Source: Amoebidium appalachense (Eukaryota > Protista > Ichthyosporea). Taken from it: a stretch of DNA of 64,000 nt. Both the position numbers and the translations under genes were made by a program. The notes under the pieces are model-generated. The model searched no databases. It had not been told where the DNA came from and saw nothing but the letters and a program-made list of their open reading frames with translations. The stretch spans positions 8,746,818 through 8,810,817 of the forward strand of contig CAVNZM010000008.1 in the NCBI GenBank assembly GCA_963693365.1, written 5' to 3'. The number at the start of each line of letters is the position of its first letter. Position 1 is the first letter of the stretch. Shown piece by piece: positions 19,182 through 31,405 of this stretch.

Positions 19182-20602
19182 TAGAAAGAAAAACTGCTCG
19201 TGGGTCACTGTTTTTCGTCACTGTATTTGTAACGGGCCGCTCATATTTATATAACTACTTTAATTTAAGTACACGTGTTCATTATCATATACGATGGCCA
19301 AATATAGAAATTTTGGCGTCGAAGTTCTTGGAGCTAAAAAAACGTTTAAAAGGGGGAAATAATAGCTTGGCCCCAAATTTACCTTGCCGTTTTTAGCGAA
19401 TGTATTTTTTATTCATGAGTTCTAGTGATTCAGTGAGTGCACGTGCCTGCCTCAGGCTGATCATGACAACTGCAACACACCATTCCTACATGGATATCAA
19501 CCAAAAGAAAATAGTATATACTGTGGTGGTCTCCTAAACCTTGTGCGGCATGCGCATACATGATATTACAGTGACGCATGTGCATATTATTGTTCTGTAC
19601 ACCGGAGTGTGCCGGTGCACGTGGCTGTTTTGTGCACATGTTACAATAGCAGCACGATCTCCCTAAACTCCATGTTTACACATCCCTCACCCTGGCTCTG
19701 CCTTGTCGGTGCTCCAAAACACACATACAAATCCCCCTAGACTCAGTGCCTGCACATGGTCGCATTCACGTGCAGGTCACGTGACACATGCGATGCCATA
19801 CTGCCGTCTACAGCAACAACCACGGCAGCATGTATACCGGCCCAGCACGAAATATACTTATCGGCAGCCCACTGAACTCGCCCATTTTCTCTTTTTCATG
19901 TATGTCCCTCCTTTTTTGTAAAATCACCCTTTTTGGCCTCCCGGTAGTGGATTTTGCAGGATTTGACTTCTTTGAGGTCCAAAAACCTCAAATTTTCCCC
20001 GGCGGGGCCGGGGAGGGAGAATTCAAAAATTGCCCGCTCCTGATATGGTACCCGGGCCACTACGTTCGAGCTCATGCGGTTCAGTGTTCTGGTGGCAGTT
20101 GCAAAGGAAGGGAGAACCGACATGGAGAACCGACGATTAGGCAAATGAAGAGGGACTAGATACATGAACAGTAGAGCGGGAGAAAGGAGCAGTATACGCG
20201 TTAAGTAGGGTAACGCTCTTGGTTAGAGAGTGCCCGACTTTGTCATGCTTTTAGGCTCTTTTGGGCCCATGTTTCCATGGCCGTGGTTTGCTTGGCTTTT
20301 ACAATAGCAGATTGCAAAGGGCAGTGAGGAAAAGGCAGAAAAAAAGCAAAATTACACAAGATTACGTGCAGAGCTTCTTTTGATGGCTTGGAGTCAACCT
20401 CGTTAAGTTGGGAAGCTCTGCCTCGTTTTGGCCGCCCAGTCTCTAACATCGCCCAACTTTGATCGATGTCTATAGAGCCTTAAGTCATATTTTTCAGCAC
20501 ACATCTACTGGCTATTTGTGTACTTCCAGCGTTTGGAATTCTCATTTTCCCACCATCCACCTGCTCTTTCCTGTAATAAGATAAGTGTGCTTGACAAAAA
20601 AT

Positions 20603-21431
20603 ATGGAAGCACCGGGGGAACCCACCACTAAGATGCTCAGGGATGGGCCAGACCGTCGTCCTCCAGTCAGCGAAGAGGACGACCTCACGATACAGCTTCT
20701 GCCGGGTAAGTTTGAAGGCAACCTTCTTCTCTCTCCAGTGCCAATCCGCCCCTCTCCTGCTCCCCCCCCCCCCCCCCCCCCCCCCCCTCCCCCCCTCCCC
20801 GAGCGCACGGCGCCGCCTTGTTCTTCCCACAGCAGGGTTTACCTAACCCCAAACCCCCCTCCCCCTTCCCCCCCCTCCCCGCCCCGCCCCCTGGCCCCCT
20901 CTGCCCCCCCCTTCCCCCCCCCCCCCCCCCCCCCCCTTGTCCTCCCCCCTCCAACACACACACACACTGACAAAACTCAGCCTTTCCTTCTTTCTTGCAG
21001 ATCTCCCTTCCCAACTGTTCACTGTGTGTTTGTGTGTCATACTGTTACACAAGCGCATTCACCCCCCTCCTGCACTGTTCCCTCCATGCTCTTCGCTCCA
21101 TCTTCCCTAGCTTTGAAGTTTCCAACCCTCCCCCCCCCCCCCCCCTTCCCCCCCCCCCCACCCCCCCCCCCACACACACCACCCACCCTCCCCACCTTTC
21201 AATACCCCCCCCCCCCCCGTCCCCTCCACTTCCCGTACTTTCTCTTCCCTTTCTCGCGAGATGGCTCCTGCTGTGCCCGATCTGTTTTTTGTTGTTTATT
21301 CTTCCTGTCCGGGTTGCTTATTTACTCCACCGTGTTCTTGGTCACGAGCCTACACTAGGCTGCGACCCCCCCCCCCCCCCCCCCCCTCCCCCAACCACCG
21401 CTCCCACCCCCACCCCTCCTCCTCTTCCTCC

Positions 21432-21478
<47 letters not shown>

Positions 21479-22150
21479 ATTCCCCTTGTGTATTTAGTGC
21501 TGCTTTGCTGACCCGCACTTTCTTTAAATACTCCCCCCTTCCCCCGTACCCTCCTCACCCCCCTCCCCCCTTCCCCCCCCCCCCCTTTCCGATGCGAGGG
21601 CTTTTTTCCTTTCTATGTATTCCTTTTTTTATCCTTTGTACTGTCCCCCCTCCCCCCGTCTATGCGTACTTCGTACTGTGTTCCGCATTCAAACCCCCCT
21701 CCCCCTCCCCCCCGCATCTTAGTATCATTGTTATGCATACTCTTTGTGTGTATTTTGCACTCTGCATTGTGTTGTCTGTTGTGAATGTGTTCTTCGTATT
21801 CTATACCGAATGCCCCCCTTCCCCCTTCCCCCCCCCCCCCCCCCCCTGCCCTCCCCCCCTTGATGAGCTCTACATACATTACTTTCTCTATGCCCTAGTC
21901 CTTATGGCGTATCGCATATGTCTGCCTCTGTCATTTTGTACTTTGTGCTGTGAGCTGCACCCCCCTTTCCTGTCATTCCCTATTTAAACCACCTGTCGAA
22001 GCTCTCTCCTCACACCCCTCTCTTTCCACCTGTACCCTTTTACGCAAACACATGTGCGCGCACACACACGCACACACCACAAACACACCATAGACACGAA
22101 CACAAATACCCACCCTCCATCCCTCCCACACACACACACACACACAAACA

Positions 22151-22189
<39 letters not shown>

Positions 22190-22911
22190 ACAAACACACA
22201 CACGCACACACACAAACACACACAGAAATCGAGGGGGTTCTATCCAAATGGACAAACTATTTCGGAGGGTGGCAAGAAAGACTCTGTGCCTTAAAGGACG
22301 GGTTCCTCTCCTACTACCTAACGGAGACAGAGATGGGAGACAGTTGCCGCGGGTTTATGAACCTTAAAGACGCGCACATTTCCGCTCACGAATACGATGA
22401 GTTAAGGTTTGACGTGACTGTTGGTGGGAATATCTTCTACCTGCGCGCACTGACCAAAGAGGATGCGGAGTTGTGGTTGGATGCACTGGAGCAGACTAAA
22501 CAGGTTGGCGATAATCCCCCCCCCCCCCCCCCCCCCCTTCTCCCCTCCTTCCCCCTTCCCCACAGTGCATGCCTATCTCTCCTCGGCTCTTGTTCCCCTC
22601 CTCCCTCCCCCCCCCCCCCCCCCCCCCCCCCCCGCAGTTTTGGTGAGTTTTAGATCCGCCCCACACATACACACGACACATCCCCCCCCCCCCCCCCTCC
22701 CCCCCTTGTGACCCCCCTCTCCCTTGCCTCCCCCCACCACCGTCAAAAGGAGGAGAGGCGTAGAAAACTGCGGGAGAGATACCCTTTTCCTCCTTGTTTC
22801 TTTCTTTGTGTGTGTGTGTGTGTGTTTGCGTACGTTCTGGCGTACCATGACCACCCATTTTGCAGATGCAACCTTTGTACCTTTTCCTTTGCCGTGCACT
22901 GTATCATTGCG

Positions 22912-22945
<34 letters not shown>

Positions 22946-23477
22946 ACCACCACCACCACCACCATCTGAATCCTGACTAATGGCTTGACTAGTGGAGGGT
23001 ATTAACTCTGTGGAGATGACTATCGGAGTGTTAGCTGCGGGAATCCCTCCCCCCTCCCCCCCCCCCCCCCCCCCCCCCTCGACCGCTTTACTTCCATGCA
23101 ACCGAACATGGTTGCTCTGTGTCGTGCATCTGTAAGCACATACTCATTTTTCGCTGCACTGCTTTAGTTTGCACACACATCTTCACCGTTTTGCTCACCT
23201 TGCTTGCATAAGCAACCCTGCTCGTCTTTGATCAAGACGGGTTGACCCTCCCAAGTTCAGTTGATGCTGCTGTCTGAGTTGGAGAATCGTATATACGCGG
23301 GCGAAGGGGTCGAAACTCAGACGCAATGGATGACTTGGGCCCTCCCTGAGGATGGACTCTGCTTATGACGCATACTGTGCGCCTGGCTGATGTTGCATAC
23401 TTGAATGTTTGCCTTTGCATGTGTCCTGCACCATGCTTCTCATCGTGTATGCGTACTTCGTACCGTGTTCCGCATTC

Positions 23478-23520
<43 letters not shown>

Positions 23521-23896
23521 ACACACACACACCACCACCACCACCAACACCACGGTTACCACAAAAAGAATAACCCCCACAAACCCAAACACTTTCGGTT
23601 TCCTCCCGTTCCCTGTCAGATGAAGCAAAAAAACCAACAATCAATCAATCATACACACGGCACCCTACACAACTCGCAAACAAAACAGACATACCAACAA
23701 AACGATATTCTTCCAGATTCTGTCAGAGAACGGGCCAGGCGGGTTGCTTGGTTCCGAAACGTCGAGTCTACACAAACGCTCCTCTTCCTCTCTCGCATCC
23801 GTAGCCTCCCTTAAAGTTACCCGCACTCTTCGTGATAAGTTCACGGAGGCGGAAGCACGGAGGGACTTAATGTTGAAGCACGTGGAGAAGATTAAG

Positions 23897-23937
<41 letters not shown>

Positions 23938-24172
23938 CCCCGCCCGAAACCCTTGCTTTTCCGGAGGCATAGGAACCCCTTGATGATGGCTCTGTTCAAG
24001 TGTCTTTTGAAACCCATGCTTTTGTGGAGGCATAGGAACCCCCTGATGATGGGCTCTGTTCAAGTGTCTTCTGTCTGCACGCTTTAATTGTTTGACTTCG
24101 GGTTTCTCACTGATGTGACGTGTTGTAGTTTGTCCTTTGTTGCCTCCTCCATACTTCCAACCCTCTAATGCA

Positions 24173-24218
<46 letters not shown>

Positions 24219-24663
24219 ACCTCCTAACCCCCGGCCTTTCCCACTGTCCTTGCCTGCATAAGTAACCCCGCTCGTCTTTGATCAAGACGGATGACCCACC
24301 CATGTTCAAGTGAAACAGTATCTGAGTTGGGTTTCGTTGACGAGGTGAATGGGTCAAAACTCGGGTACTGTGGATGACGTGGGCCCCACCTGAGGATGGG
24401 CTCTGCTTATTATGCATACTCTCTACGTATGGATTGCATTCTGCATTGTGTTATCCGTTGTTCTTGTGTACTTCGTACTTTATTATGATGCAATCAAACC
24501 CCCCCCTCCTCCCTCACCCCCCAAGCGCATACGGATGCACAGGTACCCACACATACTCACGCACACACGCGCACACGCACGCGCGCACGCATGCAGACAC
24601 ACACACGCACGCGTACACGCCCACACACAAACACAAACACAAACACTTACACACACACACACA

Positions 24664-24711
<48 letters not shown>

Positions 24712-25126
24712 CACACTCCAATACACAAAAAAAAAATGAGGAAGAAAAGAGAACAAAAGAAGAAAAAAAGAAAATAACTGCACAAACACACTTCTTTGTG
24801 TCCTTTTCCTTAAGGTTATTGGCCGTGCGAGACCAAATCCTATGTTTTTATGTGTTTTGGCTCATCTAGACTACAGGGGTTGATTTGTGGCTTTTTGTGA
24901 CACGTTTTGGCAGAGCTTTTGCATCTTTTTTCCCCAAGAGTAGTGCCCTGTTTTGTGGAATGACAGGACCGTTCACCCTATCACCAATCTTCGTTAGTAT
25001 AGTGGTTAGTATCTCCGCCTGTCACGCGGAAGACCCGGGTTCGATTCCCGGACGGAGAGATGTTTTTGCCTTTTCTTTTTTTCCCACTGTCCACCTCCAT
25101 TGTCACTTTACCTTCTCTTCCCCCCT

Positions 25127-25163
<37 letters not shown>

Positions 25164-25217
25164 GGGTGCCCCCCACTCCTCCTCCACTTCCCCCTTGCTC
25201 CCTCCCCCCCCTCCCCT

Positions 25218-25248
<31 letters not shown>

Positions 25249-25371
25249 CCTTGTGTATTTAGCGCTGCTTTGCTGACCCGCACTTTCATGTACATACTCC
25301 CCCCCTCCCCTCCCCCCTCCCCCCCATCTTATTATCACTATTATGCATACTCTTTGTGTGTACTTTGCAGT

Positions 25372-25406
<35 letters not shown>

Positions 25407-25807
25407 TTCCCCTCCCCCCCCCCCCCCGCGCCCCCAACAACAACAACAACAACACCCCACCCAACCCACCCACCCACTCACCCACCCGCGCAAACTTGGC
25501 TGAATCCAAAGCTATTGCCTCTTTCTCTTTCTCTACTGTTGTGCCTTCCCGACGGATGAAGGAGACCGTTAGTCCTATCACCAATCTTCGTTAGTATAGT
25601 GGTTAGTATCTCCGCCTGTCACGCGGAAGACCCGGGTTCGATTCCCGGACGGAGAGTTTTTTTTTCTTTTTAGTTTCTGTTGTCCTTTCTTTCTTTGTTT
25701 CCCCCCCCCCCCCCCCCCCCCCTCCCCCCTCCCCTCCCCTCACCGCAGCCCACCCGCCCCCCTATCTCTCCGAACCCCCCCCCCCCCCCCCCTCCCTCCT
25801 CCTGCCC

Positions 25808-25867
<60 letters not shown>

Positions 25868-26458
25868 TGGTCTCAAGTTTTCCTGTTCCCGTTTGCATGG
25901 TCTCTGACTCTACTTACCTCTCCCCAACCCAATTCTTATGAACCCCTCTTCCTCTTTTCCTTTTCCTTTTTTTCTCGCCTCCCCTCCTTTCTCTCTCCCA
26001 TTCTTCCCTCCTCCCACTCTTTTCTTTCACCCTCACAGGAGGTTGTGGCAACCCTAAGCAACACGCTTGCACCTGCAATCTTAGAGGAGCTTTCCAACGC
26101 AACATCAGCGGCTGAAGCGGAGGCAAAATCTCTGTGTGTGGCTATGGAAGAGTGTGTGGAGGTGATGAGCACACACGAGGAAGAGTGGGGGTTGAAGGTG
26201 GCGAGAGAGAGGGAGGGGAGAAAACTACTGGAGCAGAAACTGCAGGCTATGAAGGTGTGTGTGTGTGTGTGTTTTCAGAGAAAGATGTGACAATTGCATA
26301 CATGAATGCACATGCACGCAGGGGCACATGATGCATACGGCCATTCACACGCACAGGCACGTGCACATGCAGACACACACACACATGTGAGCACGCACGC
26401 ATGCACGCACATCAGCACATGCTTGCACGCACACATGTACACCAACACGCACAGGTGC

Positions 26459-26502
<44 letters not shown>

Positions 26503-27618
26503 GTATACCGAGATCCAATGGAGACTTCTATGAATATACACATCTTTACACATACACACTGCCACATACGCATTCACACACAAATGGCACACAAAGGCAT
26601 GCTCCTGCACACACCAACACACAAATTAGGATCAGGAGCGAGGGTGGGCCTTAGGAGGCGAGGAGAGGGAGAAATCTGTGCAACAGCTGCATTTACAAAC
26701 GTGTGGTGGCTTCACGTATAGATCAGCATAGATACTCACACACTCTCTCTTTCTCTCTCCCTCACTTCTCTCTGTCTCTCTTGCGCTCATTCGCTCCCCC
26801 CCCTCCCCTCCCCCAATCTCTTTCTTCCCCTCCCTCTTTTTAACCCTCCCTCCCCTTCCCCCCCCCCCCCCCCCCCCCCCCCCCCCATATTTTCCCCTCT
26901 GATTGCGAATTCTGCGGCCTTCGGGACTTAATTCTTTTCAGCTGGTGTAGTATGTTAGCCAGGGAAGTATCGACTTAGGTAGCGACGGGGGAGCTTCCTA
27001 GAAGCCCCGTCGCCTGAATTCCTATCCAAATTTTTCTTGCTTCTGCTTACTGCTGCAACTTTAACCCCCGGCCTTTCCCACTGCCCTTGCCTGCATAAGC
27101 AACCCTGCTCGTCTCTAATCAAGACGGGTGACCTACCCATGTTCAAGTGAAACAGTATCTGAGTTGGGTTTCGTTAACGACGTGAATAGGTCGAAACTCG
27201 GGTACTGTGGATGACGTGGGCCCCCCCTGAGGATGGGCTCTGCTTATTATGCATACTCTTTATGTATGGCTTGCATTCTGCATCGTGTTATCCGTTTGTT
27301 CTTGTGTACTTCGTACTTTTTGAAGCATTCAAACCCCCCCCCCGGCCCCATCTCTCTCTGTCATTCTCGTTTCCCTCTCCTTTTCTCCCTCTTCCAAGTA
27401 AAATTTCCCTATCCATACTTGTTTTTGCTTTCTTGGAACCCCCCCCCCCCCCCCCCCTCCCCTCCCCGCGCTCCACTTCCCCTCTTCCCTGGGGTACAAT
27501 CACTGTATCAATAGGCCATTGGACGAGATATGGAACCGGAGAAAATGCCTATAGAACCCCCCTAAGCACATGATTTCTCCCCTGGGAACCCAAGAAACTA
27601 CCTATAAAGCACCCCCCT

Positions 27619-27649
<31 letters not shown>

Positions 27650-28272
27650 CACATGATTTTCCTCGTAGGTACGCAGCAAGCAGCAAGCAGAAGGCCAACA
27701 GACATCCAAATTCGGTGCCGGCCCAGACATTGAGGAGGGACCCCACATGCTCCTTGCGGAAAACGAATTCTACGACGCTCTAGAAACTTCCCTAGACGCA
27801 CATGACCAATTGGAACAAGCGCTAGAAAGGGAAAAAGAGAGCCTTGAAGCGGTGAGGGACGGGGGAATGAGCGGTGGTGGGGGGACATTGACTGCAGGGG
27901 GGGAAGGGAAGGAAGGCTCCGGGGCAAAGAAGGCAGGGAAGTTGGGCCCGGGGGGGATTTACGCAAAAGAAATCGATCAGAAAGTCAAGAATGCGATGGA
28001 ATGTTTTGCTATTACGGAGGCGAAAGATGGGTGGGAGAAGGTGGACGGACCGCCTAATGCAAAGTTGTTTAGAAAGGATGTGGAGGCTGGGAGCGATCAG
28101 ATTAGTGATCATACACGGGTAAGATTGACCCCCCCCCCCCCGGCCTCCCCCCGGCCCACCTGTGTTTTCTTGCTCCTCCGCCATTGCATGTGCATGTATT
28201 CTTCGGTGTTCAGATGTTGCACTGTGCTCATGTTATATGTGCGAGACATGCCATGCTATGCTTCCTCCCCCC

Positions 28273-28306
<34 letters not shown>

Positions 28307-28521
28307 CCTTACTCCCCCGCACTGAGGATGTGAATATTATGCATACTGCAGTGTGTTGTCCATTTTGAAAGTGCACCTCATGCTCGATAACGATTTTGAA
28401 AATTTAAGCCCTCATGGAGAATGTGCTCTGCCTGCTTTTGTGTTCTCTTTGTGGGCTGGTTTTTGCACGCCTGCAATGAAGTTTTCTGTCTCGAATCTTC
28501 GTTTTTATTAACATTTAACGA

Positions 28522-28571
<50 letters not shown>

Positions 28572-28700
28572 AAAAAAAAAAAAAAAAAACCCTGCCCGGA
28601 ACCTTGGAACCACAGGCCACGGTTACTGTGCAGGGTGTGACAGCAAGGGAAATCAGTTGGTATTTTTGGAGCCTCGAGACACGGAGAGAGTGGGAAGGTA

Positions 28701-28739
<39 letters not shown>

Positions 28740-28831
28740 ATGTACGTGCGTGTGCGCGTGTGTGGTGCCTGCCTGACTGCCTGACTGCCTGACTGCCTGA
28801 CTGCCCGCCTGCCTGCCTGCCTGCATGCATG

Positions 28832-28875
<44 letters not shown>

Positions 28876-29154
28876 CTCGCCTCGTAGCTTTTTCTGCCGT
28901 AGATGTATAGCCTAATGCAAATGTATTCTCGGTATCCACCATATTCACACGTTATTCCAGCGATTCTCGAGACCTACCGGCTGGTGAATGATCTAGGCTC
29001 CAACACCATCGTAGTCAACCAGCTCTACACCCGAATCTGGCCGGCAGCACAACGTGACGTCACCTTCCTCTCTGCCCTTAGACACTTGGATGGTATTGAT
29101 CCCCCCCTCCCCCCTCTTCTCTCTCTCTCTCTTCGTTTTTCACCACTACCACCA

Positions 29155-29208
<54 letters not shown>

Positions 29209-29400
29209 TCTCTGGTTTTGTTGCGCACTCTTGCCTGCACCTCGTCCGTCCCCCCCCCCCCCCCCCCCTGCCGCCCTCCTCCTCCTCTTTCTGCCCCGCG
29301 GATTGACCCTTATGCCGCTTACTCTTGCGTGTTTTTCTTCTTGCATATCCACATTATATTGTCCGTTGCGAGTTGACGCTTCTTCCTGTGTGCCGGGTTA

Positions 29401-29445
<45 letters not shown>

Positions 29446-29753
29446 ACACGCACACACACAAACACACACACACACGGCACATTGGACTACATAACATCAT
29501 ACCTTATCAAAAACAAGCGCAAGAACTGCCATCTGCAATAGGGATGTTCAAGGGGCACAGAAATTTCGATGTCGTCCAAGGGAGATGGGTGGTGGTGGTG
29601 AGCGGCGAGTGAGTGTGTGTGTGTGTGTGTGCATGTGCATGCGTGGGTGCGTGCATGTGCCTTTTTTTGGTTGTGGCGGCGTTTGTGTATGTGTGTTTGG
29701 GTGGGTGGGGGGGGGGGGGGGGGGGGGGGGATAGGGGGCACAAGGGTGGAGGA

Positions 29754-29791
<38 letters not shown>

Positions 29792-30034
29792 CTGGGAAAG
29801 AGGTCCGAAGGGAATGTGCAAAAAAAGTGACTCACTTTTGAACCTGTCTACGATGTGTTGGTTCTAACACGGGCGAACAGATGACACTTCGGTGGTAGTC
29901 AATTTCTCAATCAAAGACCCGAAGGACCCTGTGGTACGTGTTCCCCGCCCCCCAGAGGATGGGCTCTGCTTTTTGTTATACTCGTTATATGTGCTGTCCG
30001 TCATGAATGTGTGCATCGTACTCGTGTCACATTC

Positions 30035-30070
<36 letters not shown>

Positions 30071-30311
30071 TTCCCCCCAGGGAGTCCCGTATTGGGCTAG
30101 TTGACTGGGCTGAAATTCCATTATTGTGAAATTAGTTCACCTATTGAGGTTGAGCTCTACTTATGATACATAACCTTTGTATGTGCTTTCAAACATCAGC
30201 ATTGTTTTCTGCCGTGAGGGTGTCATCTCATTCTTGGGACGCATTAGAGCCTGCTGTTCTGTGGCTTTCTTATCGAGTTTCATCTGCCACCCGCTTCATG
30301 CATACATGAGT

Positions 30312-30366
<55 letters not shown>

Positions 30367-30804
30367 CCTTCCCCTCCCCACACCCCCTCCCGCCTCCTTC
30401 CCCACACACGCACTTAAATATCCCATTGAATACCGAAATAAGCAACAAGAATAACATTACCACCAGCAGCAGCACACAAACAAAAACTAAATTAGTCAGC
30501 CCACCACCATCTTTGCTTGGTGCCTTGATTTGTTTATGATGATATTACGGCAAACGTGTCATCATCTCGGGAGTTTGGTCTAGTGGTATGATTCTCGTTT
30601 AGGGTACGAGAGGTCCCGGGTTCAATTCCCGGAACTCCCCTATTTCTTTTTTTTTTTTTTTTTTTTTTGCGCCCCACATTTTCATCATGTCCACTCCCCC
30701 TCCCTACGCTCCCTTGGTTTTCCTTGTTTGCTTGGTGTTGTGTGTGTGTGTTTTGGAACTCTTTTCTAGTGCGCCCCCTCTCCCTCCTCTCTTTCCTCCC
30801 TCCC

Positions 30805-30850
<46 letters not shown>

Positions 30851-31374
30851 GGGGGGGGGGGGGAGGGGGGGGGGCTATTGTAGCTGGGGCCGCCGCCGCC
30901 TGTCCCCGGAGGATGGGTTCTGCTTATTGCATACTGTGCGTGTTGCTGATGCTGCATACTTGATTGTTTACCTTTGCACGTGACCCGCACCGTATTTCAC
31001 GTCGTGTGGTTGTTCTTTGTACTGTGTTCCGCATTCTAACACCTTCTCCCTCACCTCCCAACACACGCACCGCTTACAACACACGCACACACACACACAC
31101 ACACTCACACGCACACGCACATGCGCGCACACACATTGCAGCCACCCAACCTGGTGCGTGCCGAGTGCAACATATCGCTTCGCTGCATCACAAAGTACAA
31201 GGACTCGGCTGATGGCAAGCCCAGAGACCAAATCACAAGAGACGACATATACACTGAGCTGCTGTATAACGCCGAGGTTTCGTAAGACCCCCCCCCCCCT
31301 CTTTATGTATGGCTTGCATTCTGCATCGTGTTAACCGTTTGTTCTTGTGTACTTCTTACTTTTTGACGCATTCA

Positions 31375-31405
<31 letters not shown>

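Noticed and set aside
19290-19342. Inverted match to 43420-43470 as the ends of a giant element
   Set aside because: Short, diverged, 24 kb apart and enclosing ordinary host genes; more likely two fragments of a dispersed repeat.
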